Below, one piece after another: positions 37,028 to 46,937 of a stretch of DNA of 64,000 bases (positions are counted from its first letter, which is position 1; each line of letters opens with the position of its first letter). Made by a program: the position numbers and the translations under genes. The notes below the pieces were generated by a model, which was not told the DNA's origin, made no database searches, and worked only from the letters and a program-made list of their open reading frames with translations. The stretch covers positions 142 to 64,141 of the forward strand of contig JACRPZ010000005.1 of assembly GCA_016222905.1 (NCBI GenBank), given 5' to 3'. The DNA comes from Nitrospirota bacterium (lineage in GTDB: Bacteria > Nitrospirota > Thermodesulfovibrionia > UBA6902).

Positions 37028-39981
37028 ATAACCACGCTTTTCTTCAACGATACTTGGCTGAAAAAATAACCCATCAAAAAATGGCTGGGTCTCTGTCAAG
37101 ACTTTCCTCTGTTCTTGCAAAAGCCTCTATCGAATTAAATCCTTACCAGATTTATGCGGCTCTCTATGCTTTTAATAGTCCTCTTCAGCGGGGAGCAATA
37201 CTTGCTGATGAGGTTGGTCTTGGCAAAACAATTGAAGCAGGCATTATTATTTCACAGCTTTGGTCTGAGGGAAAAAGAAGGATATTGATTATTACACCAG
37301 CATCTTTGAGAAAACAGTGGCAGGATGAGCTTTCAAATAAGTTCGGGCTTAATTCAGAAGTTTATGACGGTCCTTCTTTTACAGAAAAAATTAATAACGG
37401 GGAAAGAATCCCGTTTACCTATGAAGGGGTTTTTATAGTCTCGTATCAATTTGCCTATGCGCGTGCCGGGTTAATTGAAAAACAGCCGTGGAATGCAGTA
37501 TTCATTGATGAAGCACACAGAATGCGTAGAGTATATAGAGGACGGGATGCGTCAAAGATGGCATATGAAATAAGAAGAATTATTTCTGGAAAACCCAAGG
37601 TATTACTAACAGCAACACCTCTGCAAAACAACTTGATGGAGCTTTATGGGATTGCCAGTTTTATTGATGATAAGCTTCTTGGTACACCATATAGTTTTAA
37701 AACACGTTTTGTTGATCCTCTTTCAGAAATTAACGAATCAAACAGTGGAAGACTCAAAGAATTAAGAATCTTAATTAAAGGAGAAGACAGCGAAAGTCAA
37801 ACAAGTATCTCAGGAATCTTAACAAGAACGCTTAGAAAAGACGTGCTTGAATATGTACGCTTTACTGCCCGCAAGTCAATGACATTTGATTTCACGCCTT
37901 CAGATGAAGAAGTTGAGCTTTACGAAAAGGTTTCCTCGTACCTCCAGCGAGATGAAGTTGCAGCGATCAAAACAACACAGAGAAACCTAATGATACTTGT
38001 TTACAGAAAGCTACTTGCAAGTTCTTCCTTTGCGATAGCCGGAACCCTGAAGAAGCTGATTGAAGCATTGGAAAAAGAATTAAGTCTCAGAGCTAAAGAA
38101 GATACTTATCAGGATAGCACAGCATTTACTTCAGAAGAAGTGGAAGATGAAGGGATAGAGGAAGAGCTTGAAGAATCCGAACTCGACATGGCTGAACAAA
38201 TACAAAAAAAAGAAAAGCCGAGAATTAATCGGGAAAAGTTCAGTAATGAAGACATTCAGAAAGAAATAACCGAATTGAAAAGCTACTACGATCTTGCGGT
38301 ATCAATCGAGAAGAACAGCAAGGGCGATGCCCTGATTAGGGCGCTTAAATCAATGTTCAATTTAGCAAGAGAAAAAGGTTGGCCACAGAAGTCTGTTATA
38401 TTTACAGAGTCGAGAAGAACGCAGGAATACATAGCCGGTATCTTAAAAGACAATAATATAACCTATACTTTATTTAACGGCTCGAATGCTTCATCGGATG
38501 CAAGGTTGTCTTATGAGAAGTGGGGGAAGGAGTTCCCTGAGTTTGCGTCGTCCGGTTCTTTCTCAGCAAACATGAGGCAAGCTCTGGTGCATAATTTTGA
38601 AAAGAGTTCGCAGATCTTATTGACAACTGAGGCTGGCGCTGAGGGATTAAATTTGCAATTCTGCAATATAGTTATCAACTACGACTTGCCGTGGAATCCG
38701 CAAAGAGTTGAACAGAGGATAGGAAGATGTCACCGTTACGGGCAAAGATATGAAGTTCTTGTTTCCAATTTTCTTAATACAAGAAATAGGGCTGATAGAC
38801 GCCTTCTTGAGCTTCTTCAAAGTAAGCTGAATCTGTTTGACGGACTATTCGGGTCTTCGGATGAAATTCTCGGCGCTCTCGAATCGGGAATTGATTTTGA
38901 AAGAAGAATACTTGAGATATACCAATCATGCAAAACGCCGGAGGAGATAGATGCAGCTTTTGACACCCTCCAGGAATCCCTGCAGGGCAAGATATCTGAC
39001 AACATATTAAAACTTAGGTCGTATCTCACGGAATTTGATGAGTCCGTTAAAGGTCTTTTTAAAAGAACAAAGTTCGATATGGAGAATGCCTTGTCTGAAT
39101 TAGACAATGATCTTGTAAGATTATGCGATCTGGCCCTTGACCACGGAATAAAGAAGACAGACAATGATGGCGTATACGAAATATCCTGCAATGGCGATAA
39201 GCATCTGATGGCCTTTCGTAATTTAAAAGAAGATGAGATAGGCAAAATTCCACGCGCTCATAGAGAACATCCTGTCTTAAATAAAATAATAAATGAATCC
39301 TTATCTATTGAAACAAACCCGATACCATCAATTGTTTTTGATTACTCCAGCGCCAATAAAAAAATATCGCAATTAGAGTCTTTATTGAACAAAGATGGAT
39401 TCATGTTTCTCTTTAAACTTAAGGTGAATGGAATAGAAACAGAGGATATCCTTGCACCACTTTCATTTATTAAAGAGAAAAAGGAATTTAAGCCTCTTGA
39501 TCTTCCGACAGCAAATCAGGTACTTTCTCTTAATATTTCAAAAGATGCATGTTTTGACGCAATATCAGAGCTTCCATTTTCAAGAGAAGAACTTTTATCA
39601 TACTGGAACAACTGGAAGTCTCAGTCCCTGGAGATTTACCAGAAAAAAAATGAACGGCTCTATGACAGGGAAATAGACCGGATAAACCGTTATTATCAGG
39701 ACTATTCATTAAAGGTTGATGATAAAATTGCTAAACTGGAAAAGGAATTATCCGAGTTCAACAGAAAGAGAGATAATTCAGCAGACCTTGCCGAGCGAAG
39801 AGACCTGCATAAGAAGATTCAGAAACTGGGGCTTGATATTGAAAAGTTGCGGATAGAACAGATAAAGCTTAAGGAGGAGGCCTTTACGAAAAAACAGAAA
39901 GACCTCGAAGAACTTGAGATAAAATTTGAAATTGCAACGGAAGAAAAAATGATAGCCATAACACATTTTAGAATTATATGA
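37024..39981 (+). CDS. SNF2-family helicase/translocase (R-M-associated type)
   Basis: LADEVGLGKTIEAG, DEAH, LTATP, GLNLQ, DLPWNPQRVEQRIGRCHR; C-terminal coiled coil. Confidence 0.93.
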   Translation: MNNHAFLQRYLAEKITHQKMAGSLSRLSSVLAKASIELNPYQIYAALYAFNSPLQRGAILADEVGLGKTIEAGIIISQLWSEGKRRILIITPASLRKQWQDELSNKFGLNSEVYDGPSFTEKINNGERIPFTYEGVFIVSYQFAYARAGLIEKQPWNAVFIDEAHRMRRVYRGRDASKMAYEIRRIISGKPKVLLTATPLQNNLMELYGIASFIDDKLLGTPYSFKTRFVDPLSEINESNSGRLKELRILIKGEDSESQTSISGILTRTLRKDVLEYVRFTARKSMTFDFTPSDEEVELYEKVSSYLQRDEVAAIKTTQRNLMILVYRKLLASSSFAIAGTLKKLIEALEKELSLRAKEDTYQDSTAFTSEEVEDEGIEEELEESELDMAEQIQKKEKPRINREKFSNEDIQKEITELKSYYDLAVSIEKNSKGDALIRALKSMFNLAREKGWPQKSVIFTESRRTQEYIAGILKDNNITYTLFNGSNASSDARLSYEKWGKEFPEFASSGSFSANMRQALVHNFEKSSQILLTTEAGAEGLNLQFCNIVINYDLPWNPQRVEQRIGRCHRYGQRYEVLVSNFLNTRNRADRRLLELLQSKLNLFDGLFGSSDEILGALESGIDFERRILEIYQSCKTPEEIDAAFDTLQESLQGKISDNILKLRSYLTEFDESVKGLFKRTKFDMENALSELDNDLVRLCDLALDHGIKKTDNDGVYEISCNGDKHLMAFRNLKEDEIGKIPRAHREHPVLNKIINESLSIETNPIPSIVFDYSSANKKISQLESLLNKDGFMFLFKLKVNGIETEDILAPLSFIKEKKEFKPLDLPTANQVLSLNISKDACFDAISELPFSREELLSYWNNWKSQSLEIYQKKNERLYDREIDRINRYYQDYSLKVDDKIAKLEKELSEFNRKRDNSADLAERRDLHKKIQKLGLDIEKLRIEQIKLKEEAFTKKQKDLEELEIKFEIATEEKMIAITHFRII

Positions 39982-41015
39982 ACTCAGTAATAGAAAAAAG
40001 GAGAAAACAGGATTTAGGCATATTTTACACAAGGCCTGAAATTGTGGATTTTATCTATGACATACTCCTTGTCTGGAAAGAGAAAGAGGATAAGGATGCC
40101 AAACGATGGGAGTTGCACAAACCCAAGCATTACCCATCAGTTATTGACCCAACTTGCGGTGAGGGGATCTTCTTAAAGAAAGCCATTGAAAGGAAATTCA
40201 CAAAGGCTGATTGGGTTTTTGGGATGGATATAGATGAAGAAGTTGTTAATAGATGGCCAAGTATCAACCTTCTCGAGGCATTCGGTAATGATGAGGCGAA
40301 ACTGAAAGCGCACTTCTTTCATCAAAACGGTTTGCTGCCGATTGAGTGGGAACAACACAAAGGCCTGTATTATGGAAACCTCAAAAAAGAGGATATCAGG
40401 AACGGACAGTTTAATCTTGTAACCGGAAACTTTCCCTATGGCGGAATTGGCGTGGATTTCTCAAATCATCCGACTCCGGAAGGACGGAGGCTATTAGATT
40501 CACTGCGCACTTTTCGGATATTCAATTATAAAAACAAAAAAAGAAATAATGGGAATAATGGAAATAAGCCTGTGAATGGGTTGTTTGATGCCCTTGTTTC
40601 TGAGCCTTCTTCTTCTTATTCAATCGTAAATCCAAAAGAAGCGGAGTCTATGCCGATAGAGGTTTTGTTTATAGAAAGGTTTATTCAGTTATGCAAAGAC
40701 GGAGGATGGATAGCAGTAATAATCCCTGATGGCATATTGGCAAATTCCAATATGCAATATGTGAGAGAGTTTATTGCTGATAACACAAAAGTTGAGGCAA
40801 TAGTTTCCCTTCCACGAGACGCCTTCAAGCACGTGGGCACATCAGCAAAGACAAGCATTCTGTTTCTGAAAAAGAAGAAAATGGAAAATCTTAACTATCC
40901 TGTTTTCCTTGCGTCTCTGAACAAGATGGAAGAAAAAGGACTGAAAATAATATCAGAACAATATGAGGAGTTTTATTATGAGTCAAAACTTAAACACATC
41001 GAAGACAGTTTATGA
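39978..41015 (+). CDS. N6-adenine DNA methyltransferase (HsdM-like catalytic domain)
   Basis: GIFYTRP, IDPTCGEGIFL (motif I), GNFPY (variant motif IV), IIPDGIL, VSLP..AF...TSIL. Confidence 0.88.
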   Translation: MNSVIEKRRKQDLGIFYTRPEIVDFIYDILLVWKEKEDKDAKRWELHKPKHYPSVIDPTCGEGIFLKKAIERKFTKADWVFGMDIDEEVVNRWPSINLLEAFGNDEAKLKAHFFHQNGLLPIEWEQHKGLYYGNLKKEDIRNGQFNLVTGNFPYGGIGVDFSNHPTPEGRRLLDSLRTFRIFNYKNKKRNNGNNGNKPVNGLFDALVSEPSSSYSIVNPKEAESMPIEVLFIERFIQLCKDGGWIAVIIPDGILANSNMQYVREFIADNTKVEAIVSLPRDAFKHVGTSAKTSILFLKKKKMENLNYPVFLASLNKMEEKGLKIISEQYEEFYYESKLKHIEDSL

Positions 41016-41796
41016 AAATGATTTTATTATGGTAAGAGTTGATAAGACTCTTAAAGAAATGATGGAGGAGAAACCATCGAGTAGATGGGATCCAGGTTAT
41101 TGGGAGCCAAAATATGATCAAGTACTTTCGCAGATAAGCAAAACTTATAAAATTGACCCCCTTAGAGAATTGCTTTCGATTCCCATTATTGCCCCTGACC
41201 ATGTTCGAGCAAGTAAAGGTGAATATATAGGTAAAAAGTACTCGTGCGAATATAGAACATTAAAGGATTTATTATTTACAGGGTTAAATTATGCAAATAT
41301 TAATTATTGTTCTGATAATGCATTTCAACGCTTGATACGGTCACAGCTTCAAGTTGGTGACATTCTTTTCGCAGGTTCAGGCATCGGTGCCATTGGTCGT
41401 GTTGGGTTCGTTGATAAAGTTTCAAAAAAATCATGTGTTGGAGACTTATTTATTATTCGAGAACCTAAAATCAATAATTATTATTTATATATTTTTCTTT
41501 TATCTCTATTTGGACAGGCTCAAATTGAAAAAATCTATCACGGAATCCAATCAGCAAAAATAAGTACACCAGAAATTGCGGAAATAAAGATAGTATTAAT
41601 CCCAAATAAAGTTCAAAAACACATCGAAATAGAATACAAAAAAATGGCTTCTCATCATGATAAAGCTATGGAAGCCAAGGCTAAAGGCAGTGATACAGGG
41701 TACAAAAAAAACATCGAAATTGCAGAGGCAATGTTGAAGGACTTGATTGCTAAGACTGAGACAGTAATTAGGGGTGAGCAGGAGGATATTATTTAA
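40978..41796 (+). CDS. HsdS-like specificity subunit, apparently single TRD
   Basis: GAGGAG RBS; RWDPGYW, RSQLQVGDILF..G.IGRVG, YLYIFL.S..GQ.QI; C-terminal helix. Confidence 0.75.
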   Translation: MSQNLNTSKTVYENDFIMVRVDKTLKEMMEEKPSSRWDPGYWEPKYDQVLSQISKTYKIDPLRELLSIPIIAPDHVRASKGEYIGKKYSCEYRTLKDLLFTGLNYANINYCSDNAFQRLIRSQLQVGDILFAGSGIGAIGRVGFVDKVSKKSCVGDLFIIREPKINNYYLYIFLLSLFGQAQIEKIYHGIQSAKISTPEIAEIKIVLIPNKVQKHIEIEYKKMASHHDKAMEAKAKGSDTGYKKNIEIAEAMLKDLIAKTETVIRGEQEDII

Positions 41797-43595
41797 TGCC
41801 GAATCGCTCTGAAGATTCCTATATAGTTCATGACATTATTCCCTTATTATCCAAACTTGGTTATCCGGGTACAGGAGATCATGAAAGAGTCAGAATTAAG
41901 GATGTACCGATATATCGTCCGGGCGGTGGTAAAGCCGGCGCAATGGACATAGTGTATTATCATAATGACGAACCGGTATTGCTTGTTGAAGCAAAGAGAG
42001 AACATAAGACACACGAAACTGCTCTTTCCCAGGCACAGAATTACCTCAAAAACTTCCCGGTAAAATATAAAAAATATGCTGCATCAGGCAGAGCGCCTTT
42101 ATATGTTGCCACCACAGTTGGCAGGGAAATAAAGTTTTACAGAAATCGCTACGAGATTGTTGATGATCAGATAATACAGACTGCCGAACAGGTTGAAATC
42201 TTACCCTTTGATGAATTGCTTACAGAATATGGTCTTACATCTGGATACAAAGCTAAGCCTCTTGATGCCGAATTATTCAGAAGAGATTTCATCCCGGAAC
42301 TGGTATCTGTGTATAACGTTTCAGAAGATGGCAGAATAACGCCGGATGTTATAAAAAAAGTCTCAAGCCATATACTAAACTATCTCGAAAACCGGCACAC
42401 TTATGACACCCGGTCACCCTTTGTTGAGCTTAAAAAAGCTCTTTTCAGGCAGGAGCACATCAAAGACCTTCACAGACGTTTTGATTTAATAAACTCATTA
42501 GGCCCTGATATTGCCGAGCAGTTCAGAAGTTTTATTTTAAGATCATTTCAGGGGAATGAATTTAATCAATATCTTACTGAACAGTGCATCATTGCTTTCA
42601 TGTTTGACCTGATTGGAGAGGTAAAAAGCAAATGGAAGGTTCTTGACCTTGAGTGTGGGAGCGGCGGTTTTCTGTCGGCAGCAGCCAAAAAAAATATTCC
42701 TTTAGAAAATATGCTGGGCGTTGATATTGACAGCCTTCCTTTCACAATCGCTACAACGTATCTTGCATTATATTTTTCTAAAACAGGGAAAGAAATTTCC
42801 CAAATACCTGTAAAAGAGACTAATGGATTATTTTATTTAGGCGATGACTGGGATTTGGTTGTCGGCAATCCTGCAGGAAGTCATCAATACGAAAGAGGCA
42901 ATTTAGAAGATGTTTTAAAAAATCTTGAACGGGATATTAATCAGGACGGCAGAGATGATAAATTTTCTGAATATAATTTTTCTGTTCAGCAGGCTGTAAG
43001 GTCATGTAAGGTTGGCGGGAAACTTTGTCTGTTTCTTCCAGAAGGTTTCTTCTCTAACTCTCAGGATGAATTCTTAAGGAAGTATGTTGCCAAATACTGC
43101 CGAATTCTGGCGATTGTTAGTCTGCCAAGAGGTGTTTTCAAAAAAGGCACTTCAACTAAAACAATCAACACAGGCAGTCAAGGCTCTTCACAGAAAATGT
43201 CAATTCTTTATGCCGAGAAAATCAGGGCCGTCAAAGATGGAGAAGGCATTGAGATTGATAAAATAAAGCTCGAATATCCTGTCTTCTTAGCCAACATATC
43301 CAAGCCCGAATCAACAGCAGGTGAGATAAGCAACTGGCTTGAACCAAGACTTCGCCTTGTATTAGAAGAATGGAGAAGCTGGCAAGATAAAAAGGAATTC
43401 GTGGAGTTAGATGAATCCCTATTGAAGGAAGCGTTTGATACTTCAAAGGCAGCTAAGAAAACAAAAAAATCTAAAAAAGAGGATATGCAAATGGAACTAA
43501 TATTGGACGAACCTATTGCAAGCAAAAAGCCCAAAACCGTCAGCACAGAAATCAGTATAAGCGAGAGCCTAGATAAATTGTTTAAAAAGAGATAG
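41796..43595 (+). CDS. HsdR_N-type PD-(D/E)xK nuclease fused to an N6-MTase-like domain
   Basis: MDIVYY....VLLVEAKR..AQNY; NQYLT, LDLECGSGGFL, degenerate motif IV GNPAG, LPEG, VSLPRGVF. Confidence 0.8.
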   Translation: MPNRSEDSYIVHDIIPLLSKLGYPGTGDHERVRIKDVPIYRPGGGKAGAMDIVYYHNDEPVLLVEAKREHKTHETALSQAQNYLKNFPVKYKKYAASGRAPLYVATTVGREIKFYRNRYEIVDDQIIQTAEQVEILPFDELLTEYGLTSGYKAKPLDAELFRRDFIPELVSVYNVSEDGRITPDVIKKVSSHILNYLENRHTYDTRSPFVELKKALFRQEHIKDLHRRFDLINSLGPDIAEQFRSFILRSFQGNEFNQYLTEQCIIAFMFDLIGEVKSKWKVLDLECGSGGFLSAAAKKNIPLENMLGVDIDSLPFTIATTYLALYFSKTGKEISQIPVKETNGLFYLGDDWDLVVGNPAGSHQYERGNLEDVLKNLERDINQDGRDDKFSEYNFSVQQAVRSCKVGGKLCLFLPEGFFSNSQDEFLRKYVAKYCRILAIVSLPRGVFKKGTSTKTINTGSQGSSQKMSILYAEKIRAVKDGEGIEIDKIKLEYPVFLANISKPESTAGEISNWLEPRLRLVLEEWRSWQDKKEFVELDESLLKEAFDTSKAAKKTKKSKKEDMQMELILDEPIASKKPKTVSTEISISESLDKLFKKR

Positions 43596-43654
43596 GGAAT
43601 CCGCTTTGCCCTCACTTCCTTATAAGGATTCTGAGAAAATTACAAGCAGTTGCG

Positions 43655-43759
43655 CGAAAAAGCATCCGGCAGAGCAAAGAGTAAACTAATATGCTGCTGC
43701 AAGCGGCTTTGAGGGAGGCGTTACAGCCGAAGGAAGAAAGAGCAGGAGCTTACAGATAA
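43655..43759 (+). pseudogene. Remnant C-terminus of type I HsdS
   Basis: RKSIRQSKE*TNMLLQAALREALQPKEERAGAYR*, with an internal TAA; the stop overlaps the macro-domain ATG (TAATG). Confidence 0.6.
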
Positions 43760-44298
43760 TGGAAATCAAAATAAACAAAGGCATATTATCATTGGTTGAA
43801 GGAGATATAACAAAGCAGAGTACGGATGCGATAGTAAATGCCGCGAATAAAAGTCTCCTCGGCGGAGGCGGTGTTGACGGGGCAATCCATAGGGCTGGGG
43901 GGCCCAAGATACTTGAAGAATGTATAAAGATAGGCGGCTGCGAGACTGGCGAGGCGGTAATTACAACAGGCGGGAATCTTAAAGCCAAATACGTTATTCA
44001 TACGGTTGGCCCAATATACAGAGATGGACTTCACAATGAGCCTAAACTACTTGATAATGCTTACCGGAACTGTCTGAAACTCGCATCATCAAAAGGCATA
44101 AAGAGTATCGCGTTCCCTTCAATAAGCACAGGCGCATACAGGTATCCGCTTTCCGATGCCGCAGAGATTGCGCTAAAGACAGCGGTCGAATATCTAAAAG
44201 AGCATACGGATATTGAATTGGTGCGCTTTGTTCTTTTCGGGCAAAAGACCCTTGAGGTTTATGAGAAGGTATACGCCCTTATTTCAACTGATCACTGA
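43759..44298 (+). CDS. Macro-domain protein (YmdB-like O-acetyl-ADP-ribose deacetylase)
   Basis: GDIT, AIVNAAN..LLGGGGVDGAIH, HTVGP, AFPSISTGAY. Confidence 0.95.
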   Translation: MEIKINKGILSLVEGDITKQSTDAIVNAANKSLLGGGGVDGAIHRAGGPKILEECIKIGGCETGEAVITTGGNLKAKYVIHTVGPIYRDGLHNEPKLLDNAYRNCLKLASSKGIKSIAFPSISTGAYRYPLSDAAEIALKTAVEYLKEHTDIELVRFVLFGQKTLEVYEKVYALISTDH

Positions 44299-44716
44299 CC
44301 GCCTTATTTAAGGCATTCTGCGCTTTTATAAGTTTTTTATATTTTGACTCTGTTTTTGCCATGTTTTTTGAAATCACTGCTTTTAGCAGGTCCCCCTCGA
44401 TTTCAGCAACATCGAGCCGTTTGTAGTAATCCATTGTCTCATTAAGATGTGCAATAACTATCTTGCCTGTCAGGATCGGATGATTGTTGGTCACATTTGC
44501 CTCTTCATACATTGTTCCATGCTCAAGCTCAACTTCCAGCCCCTGCATAAAATCTTCAAGAGGGACCCTCATCTTCTTTGTATTCACGATCTTAAGGATC
44601 CTGGATGCTTCAGCTTTTGATACAGTCGGCTTTTTTATTTTAGACCAGTCCCTGAAACCCAACTCCTTACATACCCTCCTTACCTCAGCGGCCGTAACAT
44701 ATTCCGGTAATTCCAT
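44279..44716 (-). CDS. DUF5661-like protein
   Basis: GLEVELEHG...NVTNN...KIVIAHL.E..DYYKRL. Confidence 0.7.
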   Translation of the reverse strand: MELPEYVTAAEVRRVCKELGFRDWSKIKKPTVSKAEASRILKIVNTKKMRVPLEDFMQGLEVELEHGTMYEEANVTNNHPILTGKIVIAHLNETMDYYKRLDVAEIEGDLLKAVISKNMAKTESKYKKLIKAQNALNKAVSDQLK

Positions 44717-44740
44717 CTGTTTCTCCTTTAACTTAAATTG

Positions 44741-44842
44741 ATCTTCCCTGTGGCAAGACCACAGGGAATCTAATGCAATGACTCTTAATTATTACATTCG
44801 CTCGTTAGACCCATGGCAGAGACCACGGGGAATACACTCGCT
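44741..44842. repeat. Small element of two related hairpins (IS200/IS605-end-like MITE)
   Basis: TTCCCTGTGGCAAGACCACAGGGAAT ... CCCATGGCAGAGACCACGGGGAAT. Confidence 0.5.
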
Positions 44843-44848
44843 TTCCAT

Positions 44849-45535
44849 TTAATAATTTGCCTGAACTTCACTTTCCACTAATTCTTTTAATTGGTTGGCG
44901 CCAAAGCTTGGAAGCGGCCTCCCGTTTACAAAAAATTCAGGTGTCTGCCTGACATTGAGAGTCTTGGCATCCGCAAGGTCCTGCTCAATATGCTTAGCGA
45001 TTTCAGGATCATTCATATCATTTCTGATCTGTTCAACATTTAGTCCTGCCTCAGGAAGAAATTGCCATATTAATTCAGGCTGGGGACGATGATGGCTTGC
45101 CCAGTAATGCTGGTATTTATACATAACCTCCAGAGTTTCCCAATACTTTCCCTGTTTTCTTGCCGCTTCAAGTATCTTTACAAAATAATCTGAGCCTTCA
45201 TGAAACGGGGCATACCTTACAACAAGTTTTGTTTTGCCCTGGTGGGCAGCCATTAAGTTTTTTACGAGAGGATAAAAATCTCTGCAGGTTTCGCACGCGG
45301 GGTCAAAAAATTCTACGATATAAACTTTTGCGTCATCACTGCCGTGTGTCAGTGAATAATCTCTGACAAAGGTTGAAGCATTTTCTCTCGCCATAAAGTC
45401 GAGCTTCTTGGCCTGCTGGCTTTTATATAAATAACCGCCAAGCACAAAAAAAATTATCAGGCAAACAGCTGAAATTAAAACTATGTTTTGTTTCTTCTTT
45501 GGTTTCTCTTTTTTCTTTATTTTTTGCTTTTTCAT
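44849..45535 (-). CDS. DsbA/BdbD family thiol-disulfide oxidoreductase
   Basis: EFFDPACETC, TPEFFVNG, N-terminal TM. Confidence 0.9.
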   Translation of the reverse strand: MKKQKIKKKEKPKKKQNIVLISAVCLIIFFVLGGYLYKSQQAKKLDFMARENASTFVRDYSLTHGSDDAKVYIVEFFDPACETCRDFYPLVKNLMAAHQGKTKLVVRYAPFHEGSDYFVKILEAARKQGKYWETLEVMYKYQHYWASHHRPQPELIWQFLPEAGLNVEQIRNDMNDPEIAKHIEQDLADAKTLNVRQTPEFFVNGRPLPSFGANQLKELVESEVQANY

Positions 45536-45969
45536 TTAGAAAGTCTCCTTTTTAATATAAATAATAATACTGCTATGGCTGAAAATGCCATTAACGACAG
45601 CATAGGAATTGTGAAAATACCGAACAAGTTGATGTAGTCCTCCGTGCATGAAACGCCCTTGCTGCAGGGTTGTACGCTTTCCGGAATTATCCCCGTGTAA
45701 AGAAGATTGTGATAAAAAGCGATAAGCCATCCTGCCAAAGCTAAAGGAAGGGCAAACTTAACAACGCTTTTATCAAATGAGAAGAGTGCCGTTGATAAAA
45801 TTAAGACTAAGGGAAACAAACAAATTCTTTGATACCAGCATAAAACACAGGGAGCAAATTTTATTATTTCGCTAAAAAACAGGCTTCCCAGTGTAGAGAT
45901 ACTGGCTATCAGCCAGCATATAAAAAGAATAGTCCAGTTTGAAGTGGTCGTTTTATCTGTATGAGTCAT
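45532..45969 (-). CDS. DsbB/BdbC disulfide bond formation protein
   Basis: PCVLCWYQRI, PCSKGVSC. Confidence 0.92.
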   Translation of the reverse strand: MTHTDKTTTSNWTILFICWLIASISTLGSLFFSEIIKFAPCVLCWYQRICLFPLVLILSTALFSFDKSVVKFALPLALAGWLIAFYHNLLYTGIIPESVQPCSKGVSCTEDYINLFGIFTIPMLSLMAFSAIAVLLFILKRRLSK

Positions 45970-46618
45970 CCCTATTATTTCCCAACAAATGAGAACCTCG
46001 CATTAAGGAATTTTTCATTGTGTAAGCTCATCTATCTGTGGCTTCTCCTCTTCCGGAAGTTTCTCCTGATCTTCCCCGATATTATCAGTAAGAATATTAG
46101 TATACTCACTCATTGTACTGTTTTCACTTGGTTCAGATATAATCAGGAGCGTTATAAAAATAAATAATCGAATAATCATTTATTTCACTAAGTGTATCAT
46201 CTATTGCCTTGATTTTTAAAGTGGATGAAATCTAAGAGAAAAACCGCACCCAGAAAAAGAGCCTTCTGAACCATTAAGTTGATGCTTGTAACGGCCACAT
46301 TCATAGCTTTTTTGTGCAGTGGATGAGGCCTCAGCAGTTAGCAAGAATATTAAAACCGCCCTTGCTTCCGGCAATATTAAATTATCGCTTGAAGGGATAG
46401 AAGACAGTGAACAGGTAAACAAAGCCTTGTGATCGAGGCAGTTCCTTATTGGAAATATTGGAGCATCAGAGCAAAGTTAGGATGAATAAAAATGAATCCT
46501 TAAATGTAGGACTGAGACTTATAAGAATATCGGACTAATTCCTACTTGATTCTATTATCTAAATTCTGTATCTTAACAATGCACACTTTTTCCTTACTAA
46601 TAACGGAGGTCTTGTCTA

Positions 46619-46921
46619 ATGAAATTAAATTGTTGGGAGTTTAAGAAATGCGGGAGAGAAGTGACCGGCGCACATGTGATTGAATTTGGGGTATGTCCGG
46701 CGTGTGAAGAAAAAAAACTTAATGGTATTCACGACGGTACTAACGGGGGCAGGGCCTGCTGGGCAATTGCAGGAACCATGTGCGGCGGAAAGGTGCAGGG
46801 CACTTACGCAGAGAAGGAGAAGAACTGCCAGATCTGTGATTTTTATAAATCAGTGCAGAAAGATGAGTTCGGCAAATTTCATATGATAATGGAACTGCGG
46901 AAGATGTTAGGCCATATTTGA
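46619..46921 (+). CDS. Two-CW domain cysteine-rich protein
   Basis: NCWEFKKCGR...GRACWAIAGT.C...C..CDFY. Confidence 0.85.
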   Translation: MKLNCWEFKKCGREVTGAHVIEFGVCPACEEKKLNGIHDGTNGGRACWAIAGTMCGGKVQGTYAEKEKNCQICDFYKSVQKDEFGKFHMIMELRKMLGHI

Positions 46922-46937
46922 AATTGCCTGACGGCTG

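Noticed and set aside
37024-43595. Calling the cassette DISARM, BREX or type III R-M
   Set aside because: No DrmA/DUF1998/PLD, no PglZ/BrxC, no Res subunit; the MTases have HsdM-like motif order
45961-46450. Short ORFs or an arrest peptide upstream of dsbB
   Set aside because: No convincing RBS, family motif or RAPP-type ending
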